Below the pieces are notes generated by a model, which made no database searches, was not told the DNA's origin, and worked only from the letters and a program-made list of their open reading frames with translations. Both the position numbers and the translations under genes were made by a program. DNA of 55,770 bases from a virus (taxonomy: Duplodnaviria > Caudoviricetes). Below are positions 6,280 to 15,662 of this stretch, piece by piece. Each line of letters begins with the position of its first letter. Position 1 is the stretch's first letter. The stretch spans positions 1-55,770 of IMG/VR virus record IMGVR_UViG_3300045996_001623; one strand, written 5' to 3'.

Positions 6280-8352
6280 GTGGACTCAGACCCAGACATC
6301 GACCAGGACGTCGCTGACGCCGTCGCAGAAGTCATCGCGACGATGCGCGCCATGCTCGTCCTGCCACCACATCTCACGAGCACGAACACCCATCTCGTCA
6401 AGCGGACCGCCGACCTCAACGTCGACAGCGCATCGAACCCGCTGGTCCGCATCTCGCGGAGCGGGCCGGGGGTACGCACCCATCTGACCGCACCGGTCGC
6501 CCACTACGTCGATAACGACGACATCCGGGTGCCGCCCGCCCCCGCCTGGTATCTGCCAGGGACGAACGACCTCTACATCCACGTCGACGCGGCCGGACTC
6601 ACCGGCAGCATCCCGGCGGTCGACGTGACCCGCCCGTGGAACGTCAAGGGGAAGGAAGCGGCGACGATCCTCGGTCTGCTGTGCCATGAGGCCGGGCACG
6701 CTGCGATCTCCGGCGACATGATCGAGGTCCAGAAGGAAGCGCCGCACCACGCCGACCTGCTCACCCTCATCGAAGAGATCCGGGTCGAGAACCAGGCCCT
6801 GCGCGCCTACCCGGAAGGCCGGGCGGGTCTGCGGGCGTCCATGGCAATCGTGTTGAAGAACCTGCCCGACGAGTTCGAGACGAAGGGCCACGTCGTCCGA
6901 GCGTGGACGATCTGCCACGGCCGCACCCTCGCCGGGATCTCCGACGAAGCCGAAACCAGCCAGATCGACGTCGCCGCCCGCACCCTGCTCACCGACGACG
7001 TCGTCGACGCCCTGACAGACCTGCTGCAGGAAGCGATCACGTTGAAGCTGAACTACGAGATCCACCGCAACCGCCTCATCAAGATCTGCGACGAGTGGAC
7101 GGAACTCGTCGGTGAGCCCGCCGAGACGACCGGTTGCGCGACGTGCGCACGGGAAGCGCAGCCCGGCGAGAAGACCGACAACGTCGGTGGTGGCGGCAAG
7201 TCCGACGAGGAAGGCGACGACGACGAAGCCGGTGACGGCGGCGGGGCCGACGGCGACGGTGAGGACGGTGAGCCCACCACGGCCGGAGAGAAGAACGGCG
7301 CCCACGATCACAGCGAGCCCGACCGGACCGACGCGGGCACGTGGGGCACCCCCGGCCAGGACAGCCTCATCGGCGACAACGAGGACATCGACTACCCCAA
7401 CAGGCTCACCGACGAGGACGCCGAACTCATGTCGATGCTCACCCGCAACCTGTCCGACCTGATGCAGGACGAATGGATGCGGGAACGGGACCACACGATC
7501 GAACTGGCCAACTCGCGGGAGTGGGCAGCGAAGATCTTCGGGAACACGACGACGTCCCGGATGCTGTCCCTCTACGACCCGAAGCCGGTCACCCGCCAGT
7601 CCGTTGTCCGTGTCGCAGGGGCCCTGTCGGCGCTGATGCTCCCGGCGATCTCGAAGACGGCGAAGGCCATGGTGATCCCGCCCGGCAAGCTGCGAGGCCG
7701 TGAAGCGGTCCGCCAGTCCGCCGAACGGGCCCAGGGTCGGATGACGACGGCGAAGCCGTGGGCCGGAACGGTCCGCCGCCACTCGTCGGCCCGTCCGCTC
7801 ATCGTCGGTGTCGCCACCGACACGTCCGGGTCGATGGGCTGGGCACAGTTGGCCGTCGCCGAGTTCGCGTTCGTGTTCGCCAACGCCGGGCATCGTGTCG
7901 GTGCCCGGACCGCTGCGGTCACGTTCGGTGATCGGGTCGTGCGGATCGCGCGGCCCGGCGAAGTGATGGCCCAGGTCGCCGAGAAGCCCGCCCATGACGG
8001 CTCAGAAGAGTTCGACAAGGCCATGGCCGCACTCGACGGGGTCCTGCACCTGACGGAGCCCAGCTACTCGGCTCGCATCCTGTTCATCGTCTCCGACGGG
8101 GCGTTCGTCATCGAAGGCGAGTCCGATCGGGCTGCTGAGTGGGTGCGGCGCATGGACAAGGTCGGGACGCACATCGTGTGGGTCACCGACGTCGGCGGTC
8201 CGCACTGGCTGGCCGGGATGAAGCTGGACCGGGTGTCGGTCCGGACGCTCGGCAAGCGGGGTCGGGAAGTCGCTCGGGTGCACGGCGAACGGCACGTGTA
8301 CTCGATGATGGAGGAAGAGGCCCTGCTGGCCATCGCTCACGACATCCGCTGA
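6280..8352 (+). CDS. Zincin-like metallopeptidase / acidic linker / vWA protein (CobT-like partner of MoxR ATPase)
   Basis: HEAGH plus EEIRVE, D/E/G-rich linker, MIDAS DTSGSM, VSDG. Confidence 0.88.
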   Translation: MDSDPDIDQDVADAVAEVIATMRAMLVLPPHLTSTNTHLVKRTADLNVDSASNPLVRISRSGPGVRTHLTAPVAHYVDNDDIRVPPAPAWYLPGTNDLYIHVDAAGLTGSIPAVDVTRPWNVKGKEAATILGLLCHEAGHAAISGDMIEVQKEAPHHADLLTLIEEIRVENQALRAYPEGRAGLRASMAIVLKNLPDEFETKGHVVRAWTICHGRTLAGISDEAETSQIDVAARTLLTDDVVDALTDLLQEAITLKLNYEIHRNRLIKICDEWTELVGEPAETTGCATCAREAQPGEKTDNVGGGGKSDEEGDDDEAGDGGGADGDGEDGEPTTAGEKNGAHDHSEPDRTDAGTWGTPGQDSLIGDNEDIDYPNRLTDEDAELMSMLTRNLSDLMQDEWMRERDHTIELANSREWAAKIFGNTTTSRMLSLYDPKPVTRQSVVRVAGALSALMLPAISKTAKAMVIPPGKLRGREAVRQSAERAQGRMTTAKPWAGTVRRHSSARPLIVGVATDTSGSMGWAQLAVAEFAFVFANAGHRVGARTAAVTFGDRVVRIARPGEVMAQVAEKPAHDGSEEFDKAMAALDGVLHLTEPSYSARILFIVSDGAFVIEGESDRAAEWVRRMDKVGTHIVWVTDVGGPHWLAGMKLDRVSVRTLGKRGREVARVHGERHVYSMMEEEALLAIAHDIR

Positions 8353-8361
8353 CCGTGCCGC

Positions 8362-8407
8362 CGCCAGCCCCTCTCAGGCGGGCACCTTGTGGGGAGGGGG
8401 GCTGGCG
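8362..8407 (+). terminator. 14-bp hairpin after vWA gene, covering SD of next gene
   Basis: CGCCAGCCCCTCTC / GAGGGGGGCTGGCG. Confidence 0.55.
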
Positions 8408-8911
8408 ATGGCGGGTGGGCGGAGCGGGCAGGCTCCACCTGGCAGACTACTGGCCGTGGCTGGCGATGTCGTGTTCGTCCCGGACCCGGCCGGATGGGCG
8501 CACGCGTTCAAGTCGGAGACCGGCCTGCTCGGCCGTTATATGTCGGACCTGACCACCGACGTCGCCGTCGCCGTCAAGTCGCAGGCGCCGGGGCCGGGGA
8601 AGCCGCCGATGAACCGGACCGGCATCTACTACGGCAAGGGCACCACCGAATCGACGATCGGGGCGAAGGTCGTCGCTGACGGGGTGTCTGAGATCGAGGG
8701 GCGGGTGTGGGCGATGCCGCACTACGTCAAGTTCGTCATCCACGGCACCGCCCCCCACCTGATCCTCCCGAAGAAGCCCGGTGGCCGGTTGAAGTTCTTC
8801 TGGGCGCGGAAGGGCAAGTTCATGTCGCTGCCCCACGTGAACCATCCGGGGACGATGGCGAACGACTTCCTGACGCGGGGGCTCCGCATCGGGTTCACCC
8901 TGAGCGCGTAA
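8408..8911 (+). CDS. HK97 gp10-like neck/tail-completion protein
   Basis: YVKFVIHGTAPH.I.PK..L.F.W..VNHPGT..N.FL motif. Confidence 0.7.
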   Translation: MAGGRSGQAPPGRLLAVAGDVVFVPDPAGWAHAFKSETGLLGRYMSDLTTDVAVAVKSQAPGPGKPPMNRTGIYYGKGTTESTIGAKVVADGVSEIEGRVWAMPHYVKFVIHGTAPHLILPKKPGGRLKFFWARKGKFMSLPHVNHPGTMANDFLTRGLRIGFTLSA

Positions 8912-8920
8912 CCTCGCCAC

Positions 8921-9802
8921 ATGCCCGTCGCCACACTCTCGACGTACGAAGACCTGTGGGTGCATCCCCAGGTCGTCGCCGCTCTCGGCGACGGGTTCAC
9001 CTACGTCGACATTGAGGCGTACGACCCGACGGTGGCCTACGCCGAATGCTCCCATGTCCTCGCCGGTGACGCCCCGTTCGGCGGGTACGTGTGGACGAAC
9101 GTCGCCTACGTCGAAGTCGGCGGACCCGGCCCGCTCACCCCGAACCAGGTTGTGTGGCAGCGCGACGACCTCCTGCTCGCCCAGCGGCTCCACCTGTACT
9201 CGGCGACGTCGCAGGCCACATGGATGCTCGACGCGCTCTCCCAGTTCCGGCTCCACGGCCAGGAGTTCTGGCAGGAGGACTACGCCGTCCATTCGTGCAC
9301 GATCCGGCTGCGTCGCTCGCCGGTCGAGTCGATCCATTCGGTCACCCGAGTGAAGCGCTGCAACGTCGTCACCGACGACGTCATCGACTGGTGCCACGAC
9401 TCGCAACAGACCGTGTCGGTGTGCTGCAACGGGGTGTCGTTCTACGGGTTCTCGTGCGGTTGCAGCGACAACGTCGTCCGGGTCATCTACACGATCGGGT
9501 CGAACCTGCCTCCCGGCACCGAAGGGCTCACCGCCTGGCTCGCCAACGAGTACGGCAAGGCCGCCGCCGGGAAGGCGTGCGCGCTGCCGGACCGGCTGTC
9601 GACGATCACCCGGCAAGGGGTGTCGTGGACGGTCGTCGACCCGCAGGACTACCTGACGAACAAGATGACCGGGATGGGCAAGGTCGACTCGTGGCTGGCC
9701 GCTGTCCGGCTCACGATGGGCGGCACCCTCATCGACCCGTTGCAGTCCCGCCGCCTGTTCTCCACCCGGCTCGACGCCCTGCCCGTCGTAGAGGCCACGT
9801 GA
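8921..9802 (+). CDS. Head-to-tail adaptor
   Basis: LANEYGKA..GKACALP.R.STITRQGVS..TG...VD.WL motif of actinophage adaptors; leaderless after TAACCT. Confidence 0.75.
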   Translation: MPVATLSTYEDLWVHPQVVAALGDGFTYVDIEAYDPTVAYAECSHVLAGDAPFGGYVWTNVAYVEVGGPGPLTPNQVVWQRDDLLLAQRLHLYSATSQATWMLDALSQFRLHGQEFWQEDYAVHSCTIRLRRSPVESIHSVTRVKRCNVVTDDVIDWCHDSQQTVSVCCNGVSFYGFSCGCSDNVVRVIYTIGSNLPPGTEGLTAWLANEYGKAAAGKACALPDRLSTITRQGVSWTVVDPQDYLTNKMTGMGKVDSWLAAVRLTMGGTLIDPLQSRRLFSTRLDALPVVEAT

Positions 9803-10215
9803 CCCCGCTCACGTTCGCCAGGAGCGTCGCGACGACGCTCGCCGCCCGTGGACTGCCCAACCCGGCCCACGGACAACTGGGGCCCATGGTGGTGCCCTGC
9901 GAAGGCACGTACGTCACGGTGATGACCCAGACGTATCAGGACCTCGGCGGGAACTGCGGACTCATCCAGATGGCCGACCTGATCATCGTCGCCGCCCGTG
10001 ACTGCTCGTTCGTCGCCAACGAGGACGGCACCACGAACTGGGAAGCCCAGGACGCCGTCTCCGCCAACCTGGACGCCGACACCCAGAAGATCCTCGCCTG
10101 GGCCGAGGCTGCCCGTGCCGACGCCGTCATCCGGACGTCGACCCCGTCGGCCAGCTTCCAGAACGACGGGGCGATCGCCCAGGTGACGGTCCTCGCCCAG
10201 CTTCCGGTCCCGTGA
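9799..10215 (+). CDS. Probable tail terminator / neck protein
   Basis: GTGA overlaps at both ends, size and position. Confidence 0.5.
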   Translation: MTPLTFARSVATTLAARGLPNPAHGQLGPMVVPCEGTYVTVMTQTYQDLGGNCGLIQMADLIIVAARDCSFVANEDGTTNWEAQDAVSANLDADTQKILAWAEAARADAVIRTSTPSASFQNDGAIAQVTVLAQLPVP

Positions 10216-11705
10216 GCGTCGCGCCGCCAATCGACATCGACTCCCTCTCCATCATGGAGAGGATCTCCCTGCTCGACCCGGACGAGCGCGACGACCTCAT
10301 CGGCGACTTCTCACCCGACGACCTCGCCGACCCCGAACTGTGGCTGCGCCCCGACCAGTTGCGGGCCTACCACGACGACGCGTCGACGGTCCTCATGTCC
10401 GCTGGCCGTGGCGCCGGGAAGACCCGAGTCGGGGCGTCATGGGTCAACGAGAAGGCCCGCTCAGAGCCGGGCTCGATCGGTCACCTGGTCGGCCGCACAG
10501 TTTCGGACGTCCGCGACGTCATGATCCAGGGGGAGTCCGGCATCCTCGCCGTCGCCGCCCCGTCGTTCAAGCCGGAGTACCACCCGTCGCTCCGCAAGCT
10601 GATCTGGCCCAACGGCAGCTACGCGATGACGTTCTCGTCGGAGGTCCCGTCCCAGCTTCGAGGCCCCCAGTCGCACTGGACATGGGTCGACGAGATGGCC
10701 GCCCTGAACCACCGGCCCGACGACTCCGGGCTGACCACGTGGGACCAGGTGCGGATCGGCACCCGTCTCGGCGCCCACCCGCAGATCTTCGTGACGACCA
10801 CCCCGAAGCGGGTCAAGGCCGTCCGGGAACTGTTCGCCCTGGCGAAGACCACGTCGAAGGTGTCGCAGCACGGCGCGTCGACGCTCGCCAACCGGGCCCA
10901 CCTGTCGCCCGAGTACCTGCAGAACCTGTGGGACCTGTACGCCGGGACAGCGCTCGAACGGCAGGAGTTGTACGGCGAACTCATCGACGTCGTCGAGGGC
11001 GCCCTGTGGCGGGGCACCGACATCGTCATCGCCGGAACCGACTTCCTGATCGGCGAGACCCGATCGGTCATCGGGGTCGACCCTGGCCTGACCACCGGCG
11101 GTGACGCCACCGGCATCGTGACCGTCCGGGCGTCGCAGGAACGGGCTATCACGATGCGTCGTGCGCTCGTCGTGGAGGACTGGACCGAGCCAGGGTTGGG
11201 CCCCGAGCAGTGGGCTGCCCGTGTCGTCACCGCCTGGCAGACCGAGCGGGACCTGACCGGCACCATCCCGATCATCGTCGCCGAGAAGAACGCCGGAGGC
11301 GAGATGGTCGCCTCCACCCTCGAAGGGCAGGCCGGGGCGAACGAACTGCCGATCACGCTCGTGCAAGCCATCCGGTCGAAGGCGGCGCGCGCCGAACCGA
11401 TCGTCCTCGCCTACCGCAAGCACCGGGTCCGGCACCTGACCGAGATGGAACTGCTGGTCGACGAACAGACGACGTGGGAACCGCCGACGCCCGGCATCTC
11501 GAAGGGGTCCGGCTGGTCGCCGAACCGGATCGACGCAATGGTCCTCGCCGCGACCACCCTGCTGGTCGACGACAGCCCGCTGCGCCGCTTCGGGAAACTC
11601 GGCGTCCAGGAGACCTCCGAAGTGCTGTCGGTCCCCACCGCACGCTGGCAACGAGACCGTGGCTCTCACGGCGGACGCATGCCTTGGCGGGAGGGCCGCG
11701 ACTAG
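10212..11705 (+). CDS. terL: Terminase large subunit
   Basis: AGRGAGKT Walker A, LRGPQ..WVDE Walker B, VTTTP, RNase H VIGVDP, AEKN.GG, SPNRIDA. Confidence 0.95.
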   Translation: MSVAPPIDIDSLSIMERISLLDPDERDDLIGDFSPDDLADPELWLRPDQLRAYHDDASTVLMSAGRGAGKTRVGASWVNEKARSEPGSIGHLVGRTVSDVRDVMIQGESGILAVAAPSFKPEYHPSLRKLIWPNGSYAMTFSSEVPSQLRGPQSHWTWVDEMAALNHRPDDSGLTTWDQVRIGTRLGAHPQIFVTTTPKRVKAVRELFALAKTTSKVSQHGASTLANRAHLSPEYLQNLWDLYAGTALERQELYGELIDVVEGALWRGTDIVIAGTDFLIGETRSVIGVDPGLTTGGDATGIVTVRASQERAITMRRALVVEDWTEPGLGPEQWAARVVTAWQTERDLTGTIPIIVAEKNAGGEMVASTLEGQAGANELPITLVQAIRSKAARAEPIVLAYRKHRVRHLTEMELLVDEQTTWEPPTPGISKGSGWSPNRIDAMVLAATTLLVDDSPLRRFGKLGVQETSEVLSVPTARWQRDRGSHGGRMPWREGRD

Positions 11706-11715
11706 CCTGCCGGGC

Positions 11716-11742
11716 ATGACAATGACCGAGACGGAAGCCTGA
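11716..11742 (+). CDS. Leaderless 8-codon minicistron MTMTETEA coupled to next gene
   Basis: ATG 7 nt after TAGCCT; TGA overlaps ATG 11742. Confidence 0.45.
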   Translation: MTMTETEA

Positions 11743-12137
11743 TGGGCGTCATCTCTGCACCCGCCCGCAAGGACATCTTCGTGATGTGGGAGCAGTACGG
11801 CGCGATCGGCAACGCCCGCATACAGCCCCGTGGCCGCATCTGGCTGCTCACCGACACGAACTCGCCAGACCCGGACATCGAGATCACATGCCGGATCGCT
11901 TGGAACCACCCGAGCACCGGCGCCGTCCAGTACGAGGACCTCGGCCCCATCTCGCAGGCCCGGATTCGGCCGAACAACTCGGCGGAGATCTGGCTGCAGT
12001 CCGGCGAGATCCTCACGTTCGTCGCCGCGCCGTGCGTGTGCGGCGCCGGAGCAGTCGGCCAGGCCCTGCCGGAGGACGGACGTATCTCGATGACGTACGT
12101 CAACATCTACGACCGGACGAAGGTCACCCTCGGATGA
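11742..12137 (+). CDS. Hypothetical protein
   Basis: Good codon bias, ATGA overlap downstream. Confidence 0.7.
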   Translation: MGVISAPARKDIFVMWEQYGAIGNARIQPRGRIWLLTDTNSPDPDIEITCRIAWNHPSTGAVQYEDLGPISQARIRPNNSAEIWLQSGEILTFVAAPCVCGAGAVGQALPEDGRISMTYVNIYDRTKVTLG

Positions 12138-12310
12138 CCCAGGCTCAGGTTGCGATGGCGGCGCTCATCGCCATCCTCATCGGCTCGTCCGTCGCCCTGT
12201 TCATCGTCGAACGGAACTCTCCGGCGTGGACGTTCGCAGGGTTCGGCCTGTTCGGCTTCGTGCTGCTGCTCTCCATGATCCTCGCCGACGCCCGCCCGAA
12301 GGCCCGGTAG
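12134..12310 (+). CDS. Small 2-TM membrane protein
   Basis: Two hydrophobic stretches; start reassigned to ATG 12134. Confidence 0.65.
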   Translation: MTQAQVAMAALIAILIGSSVALFIVERNSPAWTFAGFGLFGFVLLLSMILADARPKAR

Positions 12311-13183
12311 ATGTCCGACGTCCCCCCCGAGCAACCGCCTCCGCCGCTCCCTCCGCCGGAGCCGCCGCAGGCCGAAGCGCAGGACGCCGCTCAGGCGCGG
12401 GACCAGATCGAAGGCGCCGCCAAGGCCCTGTTCGTCGCAGCGCTCATCTGGATCGCCCTGCACGACGGCGACGACGACGAGCCGGGTGAGAACTCGCTGA
12501 TCCGCAAGGCGGCCCGCCGCCTGGCGACGTCGATGCTCCGGCACCGGCAGAAGCAATCGGCGTCGAAGGTGCCGCCGCTGCGGGGGGAGGCCCGGCAACG
12601 GTGGATCGACGACCGCACCGACGAAGCCGTGAAGGTGGCGTTGCGTGACGCCCGCCGCCACTACACCACGGTCGCCGCCCGAGTACGCCGGGAGAAGCCC
12701 GACGCTTCCGACCGGCAGGTCCGTCAGACGTTCAGGCTCGACATCCCGTGGTCCGAAGCGGCCGGGCGCACAGCGGCGACGAGGCTCGCGGCGCAGACGG
12801 CGATGGGGATGCGTGAGGAAGTCGAGGCGCTGACCGGGGCGAAGCACCGGCTGCTGTGGGTGTCACGGGGCGACCCGAAGGTGCGGACGTTGCATCGGGA
12901 GCTACACGGCCGGACCCGGCCACCGGGCACCCCGTTCCACACGTGGCAGACCGGCGAGTCGTTGGAGTATCCGGGTGATCCGTCGGCGCCGCTCGACCAG
13001 GTCATCAACTGTCGCTGCGCGCTGCTGCTCGTCCCGGCACGGGAGGCTGCGTACGCAGAGCAGGTGTTCAACGTGCCGCCCGGCGACTTCGATGTGCCGA
13101 TGGCTGCGTCGGGGCCGTTCATCCCAGATCCTGCCGATACGCAGGCATGGGAGGATCTGCGGGCCGAACTGAAACAGGGGTAG
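12311..13183 (+). CDS. MuF-like minor head protein
   Basis: WVSRGDPKVR..H..LHG..YPGDP..VINCRC. Confidence 0.85.
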   Translation: MSDVPPEQPPPPLPPPEPPQAEAQDAAQARDQIEGAAKALFVAALIWIALHDGDDDEPGENSLIRKAARRLATSMLRHRQKQSASKVPPLRGEARQRWIDDRTDEAVKVALRDARRHYTTVAARVRREKPDASDRQVRQTFRLDIPWSEAAGRTAATRLAAQTAMGMREEVEALTGAKHRLLWVSRGDPKVRTLHRELHGRTRPPGTPFHTWQTGESLEYPGDPSAPLDQVINCRCALLLVPAREAAYAEQVFNVPPGDFDVPMAASGPFIPDPADTQAWEDLRAELKQG

Positions 13184-13192
13184 CACACTGCG

Positions 13193-13211
13193 GTACACGG
13201 TGCTATACTGC
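13193..13211 (+). promoter_or_regulatory. Conserved promoter GTACACGGTGCTATACTGC (identical at 45478-45496), leaderless start 13217
   Basis: 19-bp exact repeat containing extended -10. Confidence 0.8.
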
Positions 13212-13216
13212 AAGTC

Positions 13217-14368
13217 GTGACCGAGACCCAGATCCTCTGCAACGAGTGCGGCGACACCGGCTTCGTGCCCCCGTTCATGGACCGGTGCTCCTGCAAGCAC
13301 AAGCCCGGGGTGCCGTCCGGCGACTCCATCGCCACCATCACCGGCGACATCGAGGTCGGCCCGCCCGTCTACACCGGCACGTCGGCCGCTGTCGCATGGG
13401 TCGACTACGACCACAAGTCGAAGTCGTGGAAGACGGTCCCCGCCCCGGCGAACGCCGACGAGATCCTGGCCGACGCCAAGGCTCGCCACGATGGCCCCCG
13501 CCCGCTCGTCGGGTCGACCGCCATCGCCGCGGCCGTCGCCGCCGCCCCGAAGAAGAAGATCGGCGCCAAGCCCGGCGAGAAGGTCATCAGCGCCGCCCAG
13601 GTGAACCTGCTGGACAGCTTGGTCGCAGAGCGCGATGCCGCCCACCCGGTCGTGGCTGAGTACCTGCAGGAACTCAGCGATCACACCGACGCCGGAGCGA
13701 TGATGTCCGCCAAGAACGCGTCGCAGTGGATCACGAAGATCATGGCGGTCGGCAAGGACGCCACGAAGCCCGCCGCCGAGAAGTCGAACAAGTACGACGG
13801 GTCCTGCAAGGACTGCGGCGGCCCGGTCCCGGCCGGAGCGGGCGTCATCCGTCAGGTCGTCCCCGGCGGCAAGTGGACGACGTTCCACAAGCCCGGCAAC
13901 TGCCTCAACGCTCTCGAAGCCGCCGCCCTGATGGCTGACAAGGTCACCGAGCCCGGCCTGTACCGGTTCGTCACGAGCCTCGCCACCGAGGTCTACCGGG
14001 TCCGCTGGAACCAGTCGAAGACCCGCCTCTATGGCGAACTCGTCGTCCCGCACGCCGCTGACGACACTGACGGCGAGGAAGGCCACGGTCACGTCGAGTT
14101 CCTCTACAACGGCAAGGCCTTGTCGTTCCTGCGGGCCTCCGACAAGCTGACCTGGCAGGAAGCCCGCGAGTTCGGCGCCCTGTACGGCACCTGCGTCGCC
14201 TGCGGTCGCAGCCTCGAAGACCCCCGCTCGGTCGTCCAGGGGTACGGCCCGAAGTGCGCCGACAACAACGGTTGGCCCACCGTCACCGCCAAGCAGGCCA
14301 AGGCCATCATCGCCGAAGAGACCACCTGGGAGGCCGTGATCAGCGACCTGGGGGTCCTGACCCCGTAA
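13217..14368 (+). CDS. Multi-zinc-finger protein with C-terminal DUF6011-like domain
   Basis: CNECG, CKDCG, CVACGRSLEDPRSV..GYGPKC. Confidence 0.75.
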   Translation: MTETQILCNECGDTGFVPPFMDRCSCKHKPGVPSGDSIATITGDIEVGPPVYTGTSAAVAWVDYDHKSKSWKTVPAPANADEILADAKARHDGPRPLVGSTAIAAAVAAAPKKKIGAKPGEKVISAAQVNLLDSLVAERDAAHPVVAEYLQELSDHTDAGAMMSAKNASQWITKIMAVGKDATKPAAEKSNKYDGSCKDCGGPVPAGAGVIRQVVPGGKWTTFHKPGNCLNALEAAALMADKVTEPGLYRFVTSLATEVYRVRWNQSKTRLYGELVVPHAADDTDGEEGHGHVEFLYNGKALSFLRASDKLTWQEAREFGALYGTCVACGRSLEDPRSVVQGYGPKCADNNGWPTVTAKQAKAIIAEETTWEAVISDLGVLTP

Positions 14369-14378
14369 TCTCTCGGGC

Positions 14379-14783
14379 GTGCCAGTTGTTTCGACCATCT
14401 GGGCGCCCAGCGATGCGACCCCGATCTGTGGGCCGGGCGCCCCTGCGGTAGTCCTCTCACAACCGCTCGAAGCCAACCTGGTCGTCTACCGGGGTGACTC
14501 CGGGCGGTTCCGCGTCTCCGTCACCGAAGAGGGCTCGAACGTCGACCTGAGCACCGCCGTGTGGGACGCCGACATCCGCGCGACGTTCGATGACACCGCC
14601 GTGCTCGGCACGATGACCGTCACCCTCGTCGACGCGTTCACGGTCGAGATCTTCCTGCCCGCCGCCGTGTCCACCGCCCTTCCGCCCGCCGGTGGGGTGT
14701 GGGACCTGCAGATGACCCTTGACGGCGACGTCACGACCCTCCTACGTGGAACGGTCACCGTCGACAAGGATGTGTCCCGGTGA
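14379..14783 (+). CDS. Minor tail protein (BppU-N/Ig-like adaptor)
   Basis: L.VYRGD..WDLQMT..TLLRG.V.V..DV.R pattern; leaderless after TAATCT. Confidence 0.65.
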   Translation: MPVVSTIWAPSDATPICGPGAPAVVLSQPLEANLVVYRGDSGRFRVSVTEEGSNVDLSTAVWDADIRATFDDTAVLGTMTVTLVDAFTVEIFLPAAVSTALPPAGGVWDLQMTLDGDVTTLLRGTVTVDKDVSR

Positions 14784-15232
14784 GCGACACCTACGTCCCC
14801 CACATCACGGTCCCGCTGCGCCGCTACGCCGGGATCGTCGGCCCCACGGGCCCCACCGGGCCTGCAGGGCCCGCAGGAGGCCCCACCGGGCCGACAGGCC
14901 CCACCGGCCCCGCGGGAGGCCCCACGGGCCCCACCGGGCCGACAGGCGGCTCAGGTCCGGCCGGTCCGACCGGTCCCGGAGTTCCATCAGGTGGTTCCGT
15001 CGGTCAGGTCGTCGTCAAGACCGGCGTCGGCGACTACGTCACCGGGTGGGGCGCCGACCCCGCCGCCGCGCTTTCCAACCACGCCGTCGACTCCACGAAC
15101 GTGCACGGCATCGCCGACACCGCACTGCTCGTCCTCAACGGCGGCAACGTCTCCACGGTTCGCCAACTGTCCCAGGCCGCGTACGACGCCATCACGACCA
15201 AAGACCCGACGACTCTCTACATCATCACCTGA
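14780..15232 (+). CDS. Collagen-like fibre protein
   Basis: GPT/GPA triplets; C-terminal [20 protein letters not shown] fibre motif. Confidence 0.8.
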   Translation: MSDTYVPHITVPLRRYAGIVGPTGPTGPAGPAGGPTGPTGPTGPAGGPTGPTGPTGGSGPAGPTGPGVPSGGSVGQVVVKTGVGDYVTGWGADPAAALSNHAVDSTNVHGIADTALLVLNGGNVSTVRQLSQAAYDAITTKDPTTLYIIT

Positions 15233-15244
15233 GAAAGGCGATCC

Positions 15245-15649
15245 ATGGCCATCAAGTACTCCGTCGCGGTGCGCACAGCGCAGGCGTCGGCGCTCATCAC
15301 GGAAGCGGGGACCGGCTGCATCCTGCGGATCTACACCGGTTCGCAGCCCGCCAACGTCGCCACCGCCGCGTCCGGCACCCTGCTGGCCCAGTTGACGATC
15401 GCGGGTGCTCTGGGCACCGCGTCGGCTGGGGCGGTCACGCTCGGCACGGTCACGGCGGACTCGTCCGCTGACGCCGCCGGCGCGGTCGGCTGGTTCCGCA
15501 TCTTCAAGTCGGACGGCACCACGGCGGTCGTCGACGGCTCGGCCACCGTGTCGGGTGGCGGCGGTGACCTCCAACTGTCGGCGGCTTCGACCACGGTCGG
15601 CGCGACGGTGTCGGTCACTTCCGGCACCATCACCATGGGCTCCGCCTGA
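15245..15649 (+). CDS. Probable virion/tail protein
   Basis: LRIYTGSQPA..TLLA.L..GWFRI..DG pattern; position among fibre genes. Confidence 0.65.
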   Translation: MAIKYSVAVRTAQASALITEAGTGCILRIYTGSQPANVATAASGTLLAQLTIAGALGTASAGAVTLGTVTADSSADAAGAVGWFRIFKSDGTTAVVDGSATVSGGGGDLQLSAASTTVGATVSVTSGTITMGSA

Positions 15650-15662
15650 TCCGTCGTCCCTG

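Noticed and set aside
4414-8352. cobS/cobT cobalamin auxiliary metabolic genes
   Set aside because: No cobN or other B12 genes; a general MoxR-vWA module with a peptidase motif fits better
14839-14980. Short tandem DNA repeats, considered as CRISPR or VNTR
   Set aside because: They encode collagen GPT triplets, with no unique spacers and no cas genes
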